The position numbers and the translations under genes are program-made. From Zootoca vivipara (Eukaryota): a stretch of 64,000 nt of DNA. The DNA is taken from assembly GCF_963506605.1 (NCBI RefSeq), contig NC_083281.1:88102001-88166000 (forward strand), written 5' to 3'. Within the stretch, counting starts at the first letter, position 1; each line of letters opens with the position of its first letter. Shown here one piece after another: positions 34,884-47,192 of this stretch. The notes beneath the pieces are model-generated. The model saw nothing but the letters and a program-made list of their open reading frames with translations. It did not search any database and was not told the origin of the DNA.

Positions 34884-35819
34884 TGTGACTTCTTTCTGTA
34901 CCTTACAGACCCTTTTTCTGACCTGAGAAGTCAGGGGTCTGTCCTTTATTTATTGAGCTGAATACACATGCGCTCTCCCTTTAAGAAGTCTGACTCCCTT
35001 TCCTTGGTGGTGGTGGTGGGGAACTGGAACACCTATCCAATCAAAGAACAGCCTGGATTTCTGCAACAAATGGGTGCACTGGCCAGGAATTCCCTTTGGA
35101 CCACTGCAGCAATCATCTGACAAGATAGCCCAGGCTTCTGCGGTCCACACTGACTTGGCCATGATGTTGCTGTCGCCACAGGTCAAGCGCATGATCCAGG
35201 ACTCTCTAGGAGGTTTCTCAATGCGTATTCTAGAGCAGTGGTCCTCAACCCCCGGGCCACGGACCGGTACCGGTCCGTGGATCAATTGGTACCGGGCCGC
35301 CCAAGGAACATTTAATACAATTAAATTAAAATTATTACATCAAAACAATCTAAATAAAATATAAATAATCAACGCCCCCCCCCTCAGCGGACCACGAAAC
35401 AATCAAGGGCCCCCCCTCAGCGGGCCGCAGTAAAATTATCAAACATTGACTGGTCCGCGGCGATAAAAAGGTTGGGGAGCACTGTTCTAGAGGACTCGGA
35501 GATAGAGGCAGAGGGAACCTGGAGGCTTCAGGACAAAGTTGCTGTTAAGCAGTGGACGCCGTGCCGACTGGAAAGGGTGAGTGGCCATCTGAAATTCCCA
35601 ATTCTGTTTTAAGAGAATGCCTGGTTTCTGCAATTGTATCCAATTCTGTTCTGTGGTCTGGTTTCTGGTGGTTTCTGGGGCAAACTTGTATTTTTGGTAA
35701 TAGAGCTTTCTGATATCTGGGGGTAGCCTGCTCTCCAATTCAAAACGGTCCTAAGAGACCAGGAGAGAGCCTCTGTCTGTAGATGATAGAAAGGTTTGAG
35801 AAAAAGAACAGCCTACACA
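34884..35819. mobile_element. LTR-like element related to 28626-29606
   Basis: TTACAGACCCTTTTTCTGACCTGAGAAGTCAGGGGTCTGTCC shared in inverted orientation; right boundary uncertain. Confidence 0.4.
35236..35484. mobile_element. hAT (Charlie-like) MITE
   Basis: CAGTGGTCCTCAACC ... GGTTGGGGAGCACTG; perfect 8-bp TSD TTCTAGAG (35228-35235, 35485-35492). Confidence 0.92.
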
Positions 35820-38780
35820 TTAGGGTGTAAGAAATGAACTTTTCAAGATTCAAAGGAAATGATGTTAATGACCTTGGACTGTTTTGACTTTGCATTGGGA
35901 AGCGGAATGGAATCCTAGTTCTTATTTATGAGACTGGCCATTTCTAGAGTCCTGTGAAATCCATTTTACTTCACAAGGAAAATGGAAAGGTGACCTTGAA
36001 AGGACACGGGATCCATTCCCATAAAGAGATTGTGGCAGGATGTGATGTGGAAAACCCATAGTTTGGTCACAAGAGTGCAGCAAAAAATGTCAAGTCATCA
36101 ATGGCAAAACTTGCAGGATGAATAGTCAAGGACTAGGTCCAAAAGGTGGGGGAAATTAAGGGTGTGAATTAGTGAAGGGAGAGTTAGAAGAACAAGGTCT
36201 GAGTCGGTGTTTGTTGTGGCAAAAGGGGCAAAAGATCGTAAGAAAGTTTCCGGAAGGTGGTTGCAAGATGGTAAGAATACAAAATCTGAGGTTATTAGAT
36301 AGAAGAGTCAGGAATAAGGAAAGTTTTTAAAAGAGCAATAAAGTTCAGAGTAGAAGGCCTACAGGAAGTCCCAAGTGTGAAGAAGATTTTTCAGCTTGCC
36401 TGAAAGATTTTTCAAAGATGGAGATGGTAGTTTAACTCCCCAGCAGCAAGGCTCCAAATGATCAATTGATCTTATTGATATATGAACAATAACATCTTTC
36501 CACTGTCCCAGAACCTGAGATTGAAAGTGTGGATCCTATTGTTTGGACAGAATCAGGGGATGGCTTGAATTGTTACAGTCACCCCTATCAGAATTATGTT
36601 GGAATCTGGAGTGTTGGTAGACTGCAGGAGCCTTCATTTTGGAGCTCTAAGTTAAGAACCGAACCGGAACCTTTTAAATTGACAATTATAGCCTGTGGAT
36701 GGCTTAAAGAAAGATCCCTGTCCTTTAATTCTCCCAACATAGAGGTGTTGAAAGCAAGTAAATAAAGAGAAGCTATAAAGTCTCGAGGGAGAACCTCGTG
36801 GCATTTTACCAGAAGCTAGTGGCATTTTTGGGTATATTCTGAAGCAAGGAACTTGTCATGCCCAACCTGAGTTCTCAAAGGTCCTGAGAGCATTCTTAGG
36901 ACTTTGCTGGATTTGGCAAGAATTGGATGCCAGAAATTAGGGGAGAAGCAACACATTACAACACATTAACCAAAAAGGGTTCCTGGATTGAATATGGACT
37001 ATAGCAGGGGTGGCCAACTCTGTGATCTACCTCACAGAGTTAAAAACTGGCTGTGATCTACCCTCTTTTTGGGGGTTCAGATCAAAGTGTTGTTGAGCTT
37101 TTTTTAGGAAGGAAAGCCCTGTTTTGGGGGTTGCAGGCCAACATTATTGAACTTTTTTAAAAAATAATTTTTATTGGTTTTTTAACATATAACAACAAAC
37201 CATCACCAGCACACCAACCCACAGCAATACCTAAAGTAGAAAACAAACAAGAAACACAAATAAAGACATTAACATAAACATAATAAAAAAGAAAAAGAAA
37301 AACATACATATACGATAGTTCAAAAACCATTAATCTTTTCTGACATTGTAGGTTGACTTCCTCAGCCCCCCTTCCTATGGTTCATCTTGTACTCTCTTTG
37401 GCAATTTCATAATCATCATCTTAACATTGTTTCTATCTTAAACATGTTTATAAGTTTAAATTTTAAACCAAAATTCTATAATTATCCTGTTCATTATATT
37501 TTACATATTTATCATCTATAGCAACATCATACTCCTCTTATATATTATATTTCTACCTTAAACATACTTATTCATTTAATTCATATTATAAAATTCTTAA
37601 TCTACTTTTACACAATACTAAACTAAAAATTCTCTTCCCTTTATACCCATGCCTCTCTTCTAAAAACTCCCCATCTCAGTCAAAATCATATTTCTATTAT
37701 TAACCCTTCTAATCACAAGGCCCCTTTTATGGTCAGCAAGTCTATATAAACAGTCCTATTTTGGACTTCCGGGTTGAATGCGAGCGCCGGCGGCAGCGGG
37801 AGAGATTTTCTCCCGATCCTTGAAGGGTCCTGGGGGGGGTCTGCAGAGCGCGCAGCCCCCCAAAACTTCAGGTAGAGCGACCTGAAGCCTTGGCGACCTG
37901 GCAGCTGTCCTTTTTAGACCTCCTCCCCCCCGAAGAGCCCTAATAAGGGCGCGAGAGCGGAGAAGGTGGAAGGCACGGATACGGCAGGCACAGCGCTTCC
38001 CTTCAATGGAGCAGCTCCGATTTCTGATGGTGGAACAGCGTTCAACTTTATTTAAAAAAAAACATCTGAAAATCAGGATGTGAGTAACAGTGAGTAAACC
38101 TCGAAATTTGGAACAATTTCTAAGCAATTTGGCCATTGGGAGAACTTTTAAAACGGAGGCCGGGTTCTCCCCCCCCCCCCTGCGGCAGAGCAGAAAGCAA
38201 AGACAAGCCTCCACAGTGAACTGTTTAAAAAGAGACTTTGTATCCTTTATTTCTCAGACTTTTTGCTACAATATAAAAGAGAGCAGGGTCTCTAAAATAA
38301 CCCTGCAGATTTAAGCTTTAAAAGTACAGAAAGATCGCTTCGGTAAGCCTGGGAGCGGAGCTCCGTTCACCCCAGCCAGACACCCTTTGTGACGTCATAG
38401 AACAATCAGCTCTTGAACTTCTGTTCACCCTTTGACAGGCTTTGATCTGCCTGCAGCCTTCCTGTCAAATAAATAAAGGACTTTTTAAGGGAAATCTGCA
38501 ACTTTCTACCCTCAAAAAGTAAGGAAAATTAGGCTATATTATTTTCCTCGTAAAAACTATCTCAATTTCACTGCTCAGACTGGCTCATTGTGACTGTGTT
38601 ACTAGCTGGCTCAGGCTGGGAAACTTTAGATAACGGTGACCTTGAAAGTCTGGCTCAACAATTGAAAGGCTGACTGTTTACAACTGTTCCTTTTGATAAA
38701 AGGACATCTGGACTATAGACTGAGAGACAGCCTTTTGATTTTTTACTGAGCTTTAAATATGTCAGGACCAGAGCCCTCTG

Positions 38781-39659
38781 GTGGAAAAACAAGGGGGGGA
38801 AACTTCCTTTTCCTCCACGTTTGAGGAAGAAGTCTTAAAAGCATTAGCAACACTACCAGCACTGAGGGAAGGATTGGATCGCAACACCCAGGAACAGCAG
38901 CGCACCACACAAGAAGTGAGACAACGTAGGGAAGAATTAGGAGCTATCTCCAAAGATATTTCACAGGTTAAACTACAAGTGACTGGAGTTGAGCAAAGAG
39001 TGGTACAACTGGAAGAAGGAAGGGTCCCCGACTTGGAGAAGCAAGCCTATCAGACGCAGGTTGCACTTGCCTTTTTACAGATGAAACAGAGAGAGACAAA
39101 TCTCAGGATCAGAGCATTTCCTCTTATAGAAAAGGACAATCTGAAAGCTACATTAATTGAAGAATTCGTAAAAGCTTGGAATCTCCCAAAGGAAGAATTG
39201 GAATCACAGATTATAAAAGCATTCAGGTTTGGTGCAAGATCAAAGAAAGACAAAAACTTTGTTAGTGATTGTATGATATCATTCCAAACCAAAGAACAAA
39301 GAGACAGAATTTTGAGTCTACATTACGAGAAAACTTTGAAAGTTCAAAAAACACAGATCGTCCTTTTTAAAGATTTGCCCAAATTCTTTCTGGACCTGAG
39401 ATCCCAATATTCTGACTTGGCAACCATCCTGAAAAGGAAAGGAATCAACTCCAAGTGGGAATTTCCGGAAGGCCTAAATTTCCAATTTCGACAGAAGAAA
39501 TACAAAATCAAGTCAGTGGACCAGAAGAAAGAGTTTATCCAGAAACACGAGAGAGAGCTGCTACGACCAGGACTTCTAACCTCAACTCCAGGACAACTAG
39601 ACGACCCAATGGAGTTAGACTCCGATTATTATCTAGAAGGTGCAACTGCTGCAACCTAA
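38781..39659 (+). CDS. L1 ORF1p (coiled coil plus RRM/CTD, transposase-22-like)
   Basis: 292-codon ORF with heptad region, RETNLRIRAFP, IVLFKDLP and WEFPEGL; the likely true ATG at 38759 is 1 nt out of frame, probably at the G run near 38792-38799. Confidence 0.85.
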   Translation: MEKQGGETSFSSTFEEEVLKALATLPALREGLDRNTQEQQRTTQEVRQRREELGAISKDISQVKLQVTGVEQRVVQLEEGRVPDLEKQAYQTQVALAFLQMKQRETNLRIRAFPLIEKDNLKATLIEEFVKAWNLPKEELESQIIKAFRFGARSKKDKNFVSDCMISFQTKEQRDRILSLHYEKTLKVQKTQIVLFKDLPKFFLDLRSQYSDLATILKRKGINSKWEFPEGLNFQFRQKKYKIKSVDQKKEFIQKHERELLRPGLLTSTPGQLDDPMELDSDYYLEGATAAT

Positions 39660-39660
39660 G

Positions 39661-40140
39661 ATGTCGCTGAGGGTTTTTTCTTGGAACTCGAATGGATTGA
39701 ACTCAAAACAGAAAAGGAATCAGGTGTACCATGTTTTGGCAAAACAAAGATTGGACATAATATGCTTACAGGAGACACATGTCACAAGAGCTCATCGAAG
39801 AATTCTACAAAATAAAAAATTGGGAGAAGAATTTATCTCATCAGATGAAGTCAAGAAGCGAGGAGTAGTGATCTATGCAAAAGAGAAGTTAAGCCCTAAA
39901 TTAATATTTAAAGATGAAGAGGGAAGATATGTTGCAATTGAAATAACACCGCAAGGCGAAAAAAAATTAATTCTGGGAATTTATGCACCAAATGAAGGAA
40001 AATCGGATTTAAAAAAAAAAAAAAACTGCATGAGAAACTCTTGGACTATTTGGATTACAAACTATGTTTGTTGGGAGACTTGAATGGAGTGGTCTCAACA
40101 CTAATGGACAGATCACAAAGACAAAAATGCACCAAAGAAG
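39661..40140 (+). pseudogene. L1 ORF2 APE endonuclease N-terminus, frameshifted and truncated
   Basis: SWNSNGLN, DIICLQETH, RGV, GRYV and IYAPN, then a poly-A frameshift and LLGDLNG. Confidence 0.9.
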
Positions 40141-40862
40141 AAATTCAAAATCGAAAGTACATTCCTTTAGCATGAATTTCTGTGGCCCAATTCTTATTAA
40201 TTTAGCTGTTCAGATTTTTTATTTTCGGTACTCTCGGTACAGTCCCTTTTAGTTCCAAAATTAGGAAAAAAACAATCGCTGTTGCCTGGCAGGATCGCAG
40301 CTTCGTGCCTCCGAGATAGCTTTGTTCCGATGCACCGCATTTTGCTGCTACCCCCTGCTCTCTCGGCGCCCCAAAAACTAGGCAACCGATGGAGGGGGGG
40401 AGCACGCTCCTGGCGTCTGCCGGATCCATGCCCCCTAAATGTTCAATTAGGGTTTTTTTCTGGGTGGTTGCTGCACTGTAGCGGTCCCCCCTTGCCTCGA
40501 AGGCACCATGTCCTCATCAGCTGAGGAGAACAGCGCCTGCCATCGCCTCATGATCGGCTGGAAGTCCATTATTGAACTTTTTAAAGGGAAGTCAACAAAG
40601 TTGTTGAGCTTTTTGGGGGTGAGCCAGTGATCTACCAGTGATCTACCACAAACATCAAGTGATTTACTGCTAAATCACGATCTACCTGTTGGACGTGCCT
40701 ATTCTAAATGAATGTATGGTCTCTAAGGAAATGGAGGACAGAGATTTTCAGTTTGTGTCCCAACCTACCTCATCTGTGCTTTCCTGATCAACACAAAAAC
40801 ATGAGTGGGTCTGATCCACTCCTCACATTTGGACGTTCCTGTTTCTCTTTTCTCATGGACAG

Positions 40863-43800
40863 GGAATTGATTTCGACGAGGATCAAATATCGGAAATCAG
40901 CCTAGAAGATGGGGAGGATCTTCCTCCAAGGTAATGCTATGCTAAACCCCCTCCCCCATAATCAATTGCTTTCAAAAGCCCCCCCCCCCGGCCAATTCTA
41001 TGGTGGTGGTGCTTGGGGTCTTTGGAGGAGGGGCAATAAAACCTTTTTAGACAAGTGCTACTCCTCTCTCCTCTCAGCATCCCAACCACAGGTTCTCCGG
41101 ATGCGGCTGATGTTCCTCCTGAAAGCTTCAGCGAGGACCAGCTGAAGGCCAGACTTACGGATGTCGTCACCACGATGAAGAGTGGGAAGAAGATGGTCCG
41201 AAGGGAGGCGCTCCGAGATCTTTCCGCCCTCCTGCAGAAGATCCAGGAATATGTGAGTTTCTGAAAGGAAGCATTGCAACCATGCAGGGCTGTCAAGGCC
41301 TTCAGGCTGCCCCTTCTAGCCCCACCCTTCTCTTATCAGTTCCTTCTCTGGGTTTCTTCTCAGCCATCGGTAGTGCTTCCTGCATCCTCCCTTGGCCAAC
41401 TGGTGGCTATTTCCTGCCTGTGTGCCTTGGATCCAGACCCGGAGTGCAGGCAGCGGGCAGCAGAGGCCCTCTGCCATCTTCTGCCCATCCTGCGGCATAA
41501 AGAGGGTAAGACTGAAAGAATGCATCCCAGAATGGGGTGGGGTGAGCAAGACCCCAACTAACCCTTTGGCTTTCCTTTGCAGAGACGCTGGCATGAACAT
41601 CAAGGAACCAAACACTCATCACCAGAGCTCAGAAGTTCCTCAATTCCACCGGAGGACCGGTTCCTGAAATGTTCGTCAATGACTGCTACTCTCTTGCCAG
41701 GATAAGTCGCTGTCACACAAGGCATAGCAGTCTCTCAAGCCACATGTTCTGGGTTCCGCAGAGAAAGCTTTCTGCTCCCCAGCCCTGCCCTGTGGGCACC
41801 TCTGACCTTCCTCTCTTGCTTCAGGTCTTTGGCGCCTTTCTCCCTGCGGAGCAACTCTTGGAAGCCATGTGCTTCCTGGCCAGCAACCTGGTTCTTGAGA
41901 GCAGATTCAACCCCTTAGACATCTCCCACCTACTGCAAGAGTTCATCAAGCAGTTTAGCGGCAAAGCAGTGGAGGTAAGGTGTCTGCAAAGGTAGGAGAG
42001 AAGAAGAATCTCCACCTTGATGTAGGGGAGGCAACCTCATGCCATTGAGTGGCCAGGACACATGTTTGTTGGGAGGGGCCTGGCAATGTCAGGACAAGAA
42101 GCTCAGCCAAGGGTCCTGAGAAACATGGGTTCAGGAATGGGGAATCCTCCTTCTGGGAGCAGCCTGGCAAGCTTCTTCTCTTGGCGCACAATGGAAAGGG
42201 AACTGGTTCCCTGGAGCTGCCTGGCTCCAATACTCCCAAGGACCCTGAGTGGTACCTTTGAAGGAAGATGGCTGTGGTGGCACAGGTCAAGGGTCCCTCT
42301 TTCTATGAGGGATGGAGGGATCCGCCTGCAGGCAGCCCCGCTTCCTTGTACTCTCCCAGCAACCTTCTCTTTTTCTCTGACAGGTGGAGGTGCTGCTGGA
42401 GGCCTTCTATAAGATCACCCAGGGGCCTACAGTGGAGGGCAGAAACATGGCCATCTTTGCTATCTCCGCCTTGACACACCAGCATCTGAAGAAAGTGGTT
42501 GGATATCTCCTCCAGTTTCCCTTCAGGTATGGAGCCCTCCAGGTTCTACTGGGCTAAGGGAAAGGTTGGCAAGCTGCAGGGCTTGCTCAGAAAGCCCTTC
42601 CTGCCATTTCCTCTCTCTGGGGCATGGCAGCTAGCAGAACACTTGAATCTGATCATTGCTCTTGTTTTTGCATTCACAGAGACTGTGAGAGAGTATGGAA
42701 GGAGGTTTTGACATTGGCCGACCAAGAACAACTGCTCCATCTCATGGCCGAGCAGCTTTACCAAAGCCCCTTGGCGGAATCTTCCACCCAAGTGGTAAGG
42801 ACGAACCACCTGCTTTCTGGCTTCCTTCTTCCCAGGGGAATATTGAGGGGTTCCTGTATTCTGCAGAAAAGCAGGGAAAGTGACTTGCACCTCTCTCTCT
42901 TCCAGCAGCATCTCACCAGCCTGTTGCACGCCATCCTCAGGATGGAGGAATACAAGGCAGCTGTGCGCCATAACTTCCCGCAGCTGCTGATCGCTCTCCT
43001 GGGGATGGTTGTCAACTTCCACTATGACCAGGAATTCCTTGGGTGAGTAGCGTGTTGCAAAGGGGCCAATGGAGTCCTTTTCCCTTCAACCTCGGGGGGT
43101 TTCCAGTCCAACCTGGTTTTCTAAGGGAGGCTCTCCTTCAGGCGGCTGCTGGTGAGGAAGGATGGAGAAGGAATTTGAGTGGGTGGCAATGACCCTCCTG
43201 GTAAAACTGGCCTTGCTTTTGTTACAGAGGGGCTAAGGAAGTACTCCACCTCCTTCTTGGCATGGTGAGGTAAGAGGAAGAACCTTCCCCAATGGTCTGG
43301 CAAACAGAGCTGAAGGCATGGGATTGGACTGTGCCCCTGTTTGCTTCCTGCGGTGTCTTTCCGTTCCTTACCCAGACCTGGTTCTCCATTTCAGAGCTGT
43401 CGGAAAGCGACGTTGGTGGATCCATCCCATGGTGGAAAATATCACCGCTGCTCTCGGGGACCAGGAGTTTGCCGGAATGCCAGAAGTAGCGGCAGCTATC
43501 TACATCGAGGTGAGGGGGACTGACGCGGGAGGAAATGGGTGCAGCAAGGAGGCCCTGGCTTGGTTTCTGCCGAGTGTTGGGCTTTGTGTTCTTCGGCTCC
43601 CTTTGTGTCCTTGGTTCCCCAACCAGCCTCCATTAGAATCTGAACCTTGCAGCTGCCTTTACCTTCCATATTCTGTGGCTTTCCTCAAGGCTTCTTTGAG
43701 CCGAAGGACTGTTGCCTGTTTTAGTGCTCCTCAGAGTAGACCCAGTGGATTTGATGTACGTGACGAACTTTGGTCCATTCCCTTCAGTGGCTTTGCTCTG

Positions 43801-46086
43801 TGCAGAACTACAGGTGGTGGATAAAAGGAGAACCTGCCTCAACCTCTCATCACTGAAGACTTTCTTTCTCTTTGGGCCTCTTTAGCTGCTCAGCTGCCGT
43901 CTGCAGGTCCCCTGTCAGGATACATTGGAGCAGCTCCACACCTGGCTGTCACATGACCACCTGCAAGTCCAGAAGCTCAGCGCCCGAGGGATATCCCTGA
44001 TTCTGGACTCTGACATGGCAAGTGATGCTCAGAGGGGTGAGGGGGGTACAGATCCCCTTTCTAATCATGGCCCAGCACTCTTTTGCTGGCAGAATCCTGA
44101 AGGGCCTGTGAAACAAAAAAGTGTGGAGCATAACAGACCTTTGAAATGATTCTCTCTTTTGTGTAGGACCCTTCGCTTCTGCGGCTGTCGCTGCCGAATT
44201 TCTTCCCTGATGCAGAGGCTGATGTCTTCCCAGAGATCTTAGAGCTGGTAGACCAAGCCTACATGAAGATGCTGGCGGCAACCTACTGTGGTATGGCTGC
44301 ACATGTGAGTATTAGGGAACATCAGAGAGTATTAGGGAACATCACACAGGGTGGAGGAGGAATGCTTTGGAAGAGGAAGGGTGGTGTTTAGCCTGGCATG
44401 CAGCGGAGAGGAAACTGATCAGATGAGAAACACAAACACTGATCTTTTCTGCCTACAGGAGCAAGCCTCCGTCCGGGCAGAAGCCATCCAATATCTGGGT
44501 GCTGCTTCGGGGCTGGGCAAAAGACCAAAGGCTTCCCATAACAACAACTAAAGAAGAAGCCATTAATGAACTGGTCGTCGTCCTCATTCACCTCGAAGAC
44601 GAGGATGAGGTGGCCAAGGTGAGGGCCAAGGAAATGGACTCATGCAGTAGGAGGGAGGGATTGTTCTCAGAAGCTTCCAGGATATATTTTTTTTACGGCA
44701 ATTTGTAACCCTCTTCTCTTCTTGTGTTGCAGGCCGCAAGGAGGGCTCTTTCCCATCTAGCCCCACAAGTCAATTGGTCGGCGCATCCCAACAAATTTAG
44801 CTTCCACTTTGTTCTCCACCAGGCTGCCAAGCATCTGGTAAGGTCCCTCTGCTTCGTTGCCAGCTTTGCCCAGGGATGTCTTTGGGGGTGACAGGCTCTT
44901 CTCCCACACTCTCAAGCCTCTCTGATGCCACCTCTCCTTTGTCTTTGCCAACAGAGCAAGACCTTCAGCAAGAACATCCTTCGGAGTGCTGCCTTGGCAT
45001 GTACGAAGCCATCTGCCAACAGGCTGCCAGCAGTCTCCAGGGTAGCAGCTCTGCTTCTGGGTAAGTTAAGCAACGTCCTTCCCTGGTAGGGATGGACAGA
45101 AACGTTTTGGTAACAATGGCAGGGAGGATGGGCATGTCCCCAGGCCACCTGCTAGGTAGGGCTCCATCTGCACCCAGATCTTGCTCTGAGTGCTCCCGAG
45201 AGGGTGGAGGCATCAGAGCATACCTGTCTTCCTGCAGAGCTGCCTCTGTCTCCACTTGCTTTGCACCGAGATGATGTCCCTTTTCTTGCCCTGTCTCTCT
45301 CTAGGTCATCTGGCTTTCCAGGATGCCGATTTCATCCACAGTCAAGACATGGCATCCTACAGCACATGTGAGACATACGGAGTGCTGGGAGGGATGCTTC
45401 TGCTGACAAAGGGCTTCAGGGGAAGGCAGGTTCCCAGGTGTATGTGCAGACAGAGGTGCCACAAGATGAACATGCAAAGAGGATTGGAATGTGACTTCAT
45501 TGCTCTCTCTCACACACACAAATATTCCCGTCCCACACCCTGGTCCTGGGAGGAGCTCTGGTGGGGTGCATTGCAAGTTTTTGCCTTGTGAAAAGCTGAT
45601 TCCTCCTCCCCAAGGGGAACAATCACTGTTTGTGTCCTGGTTGGGGTGGATACCCTGTGGACTCCTGCATCCGCCCCTACAAACAGCGCACCTCCCCTGG
45701 CCCGATTGCTGGGGCCACCTGACGGCTGTCTTAATATTTTTGATGGATGGCTCTTTTCCTGTGCATCTCCGCCTTGCTCAACCTTTCTCCCTTGCCACTC
45801 AGGGCTGGAAGAGATGCAGCAGCACGAGGAAGAAGGGCTCAGGCGGACAGGGAGGAGCTGCCTGAACATCATGCAGCGGGCCTATAAACATCGGCAGAAA
45901 GGCAGGGTCCGGCGCCTTGTGAGGAGGCTGCTCTGCTGTATTCACAGGGAACCTTACCCGCAGGACTTCCTGAGCTGCATGCCAGGTGTGAGGCATCTGG
46001 TGGGCTATTTGGACATCTGGTGGGCTGTTTGGAGGTGACATTTCTCAAGGAGCCCCTTTCTCCTCCTGACAGAACATCCGCAGTAG
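40863..46086 (+). pseudogene. MROH-like copy 2, pseudogene
   Basis: Same exons as copy 1, but CGA>TGA at 41594-41596, donor GT>AT at 41702, 78-bp exon deletion (43228-43269 vs 24623-24742), +1 frameshift near 44500, and no attached exon 1. Confidence 0.85.
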
Positions 46087-46552
46087 CGCCAGGCCAAGGC
46101 AACGTGAACATCAGAGTTGTGCTGCAGAGATACCATCTTCTGCTCTCCCTGGGATCCAGCCTGGATCAGCGCCAGGAACATCAAGGCCATCAGGATCGAC
46201 CAAGACGAGTGGTGCTGCCCTCATGGCCCTCCTTACATAGTGGTAGGAAACCTTTTGTTGTTGTTGTCTTTTTTGTTGATGTTGGTTTTGATTGTTGATT
46301 GTTGATTTTATTGATTGATTTTGAATCTCAGGGTGGTTCACAACAGCAAGTTACAGTATACGAAGCACAAAATACATAATAAGAATAATCACTGCGCTAA
46401 AATCATCATAAAAATATCGGAACATAATATATATTAAAATAATAAAAACATAGTACTGTTAAAAATAGCCACAAGACTAATGTATGCACACTAATAAACA
46501 ATACAGAAGCCTTTAAACAACCCTCCAGCCACCAAATTTAAAGCTCCATCTT

Positions 46553-47192
46553 TGTTAAAATAGTCATGTTAACACAAGGGGGCTGGCCCACAATCTGCTC
46601 TCGCCCCCTAAGTGTCGCCCCCAAAGGGAAAATCTTTCCTTTGTTGTTTTCCCTTTGTTGGGGGTCCCGCCCCCAAGATAGGCAGGCTTTATGGAGCTCC
46701 CCCATCGCTGGTGTACGCCCAGGGTCCAGTTCCTTGCAAGCTTCTCTGCCGTCCTCTTTTGTGGGGAGGCAGGCAACCCCCCAGCAGCAACTTTCTCCCA
46801 TTTCTTTGTTTATTCACCAAGAGCGGGGATTGTTTGGGGAGGGGCAATAAAAGGGTCTAACCAAACAGCACCCACCCTAGTGAAAACCCCATCCGTGTTA
46901 AAACAGTCATGTTAACACAAGGGGGCTGGCCCACGATCTGGTCGCACCCCCTAAGTGCCGCCCGCAAAGGGACGATCTTTCCTTCGTTGTTAGGGGTCCC
47001 ACCCCAGGATAGGCAGGCTTTATGGAGCTCCCCCAGTCACTGGGTCTGGTTCCTTGCTGGACTCTCTGCCGTCCTCTCGAGTGGGTGGGTAGGCAACTTT
47101 CTTCCATTTCTTGTTAGAAAACGCCTCCTCCTTTTTAAATTCTTTATTCACCAACAGCAGGGATTGTTGGGGTGGGGCAATAAAAGGGTCTA
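46553..47192 (+). repeat. Local tandem duplication, two ~300-bp units
   Basis: GTTAAAA.AGTCATGTTAACACAAGGGGGCTGGCCCA ... GGGCAATAAAAGGGTCTAA occurs twice; copy 1 has one shorter unit (27870-28100). Confidence 0.8.

Larger units (their letters stand above)
37763..40140 (+). mobile_element. L1 LINE with intact 5' end, 3'-truncated (5'UTR, ORF1, start of ORF2)
   Basis: GGACTTCCGG CpG-rich start, ORF1, and APE endonuclease start. Confidence 0.9.
37158..40566 (-). mobile_element. Minus-strand L1-type element (outer; 37158-37760 plus 40141-40566)
   Basis: 16-bp TSD CATTATTGAACTTTTT (37142-37157, 40567-40582); polyA signal at the left end; CpG-rich GACTTCC 5' end at the right. Confidence 0.75.
37005..40701. 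mobile_element. Paralogous hAT MITE, split by L1-type insertions
   Basis: 37005-37157 plus 40567-40701 align to 21793-22069; right flank TTCTAAAT kept, left flank GACTATAG differs. Confidence 0.85.
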
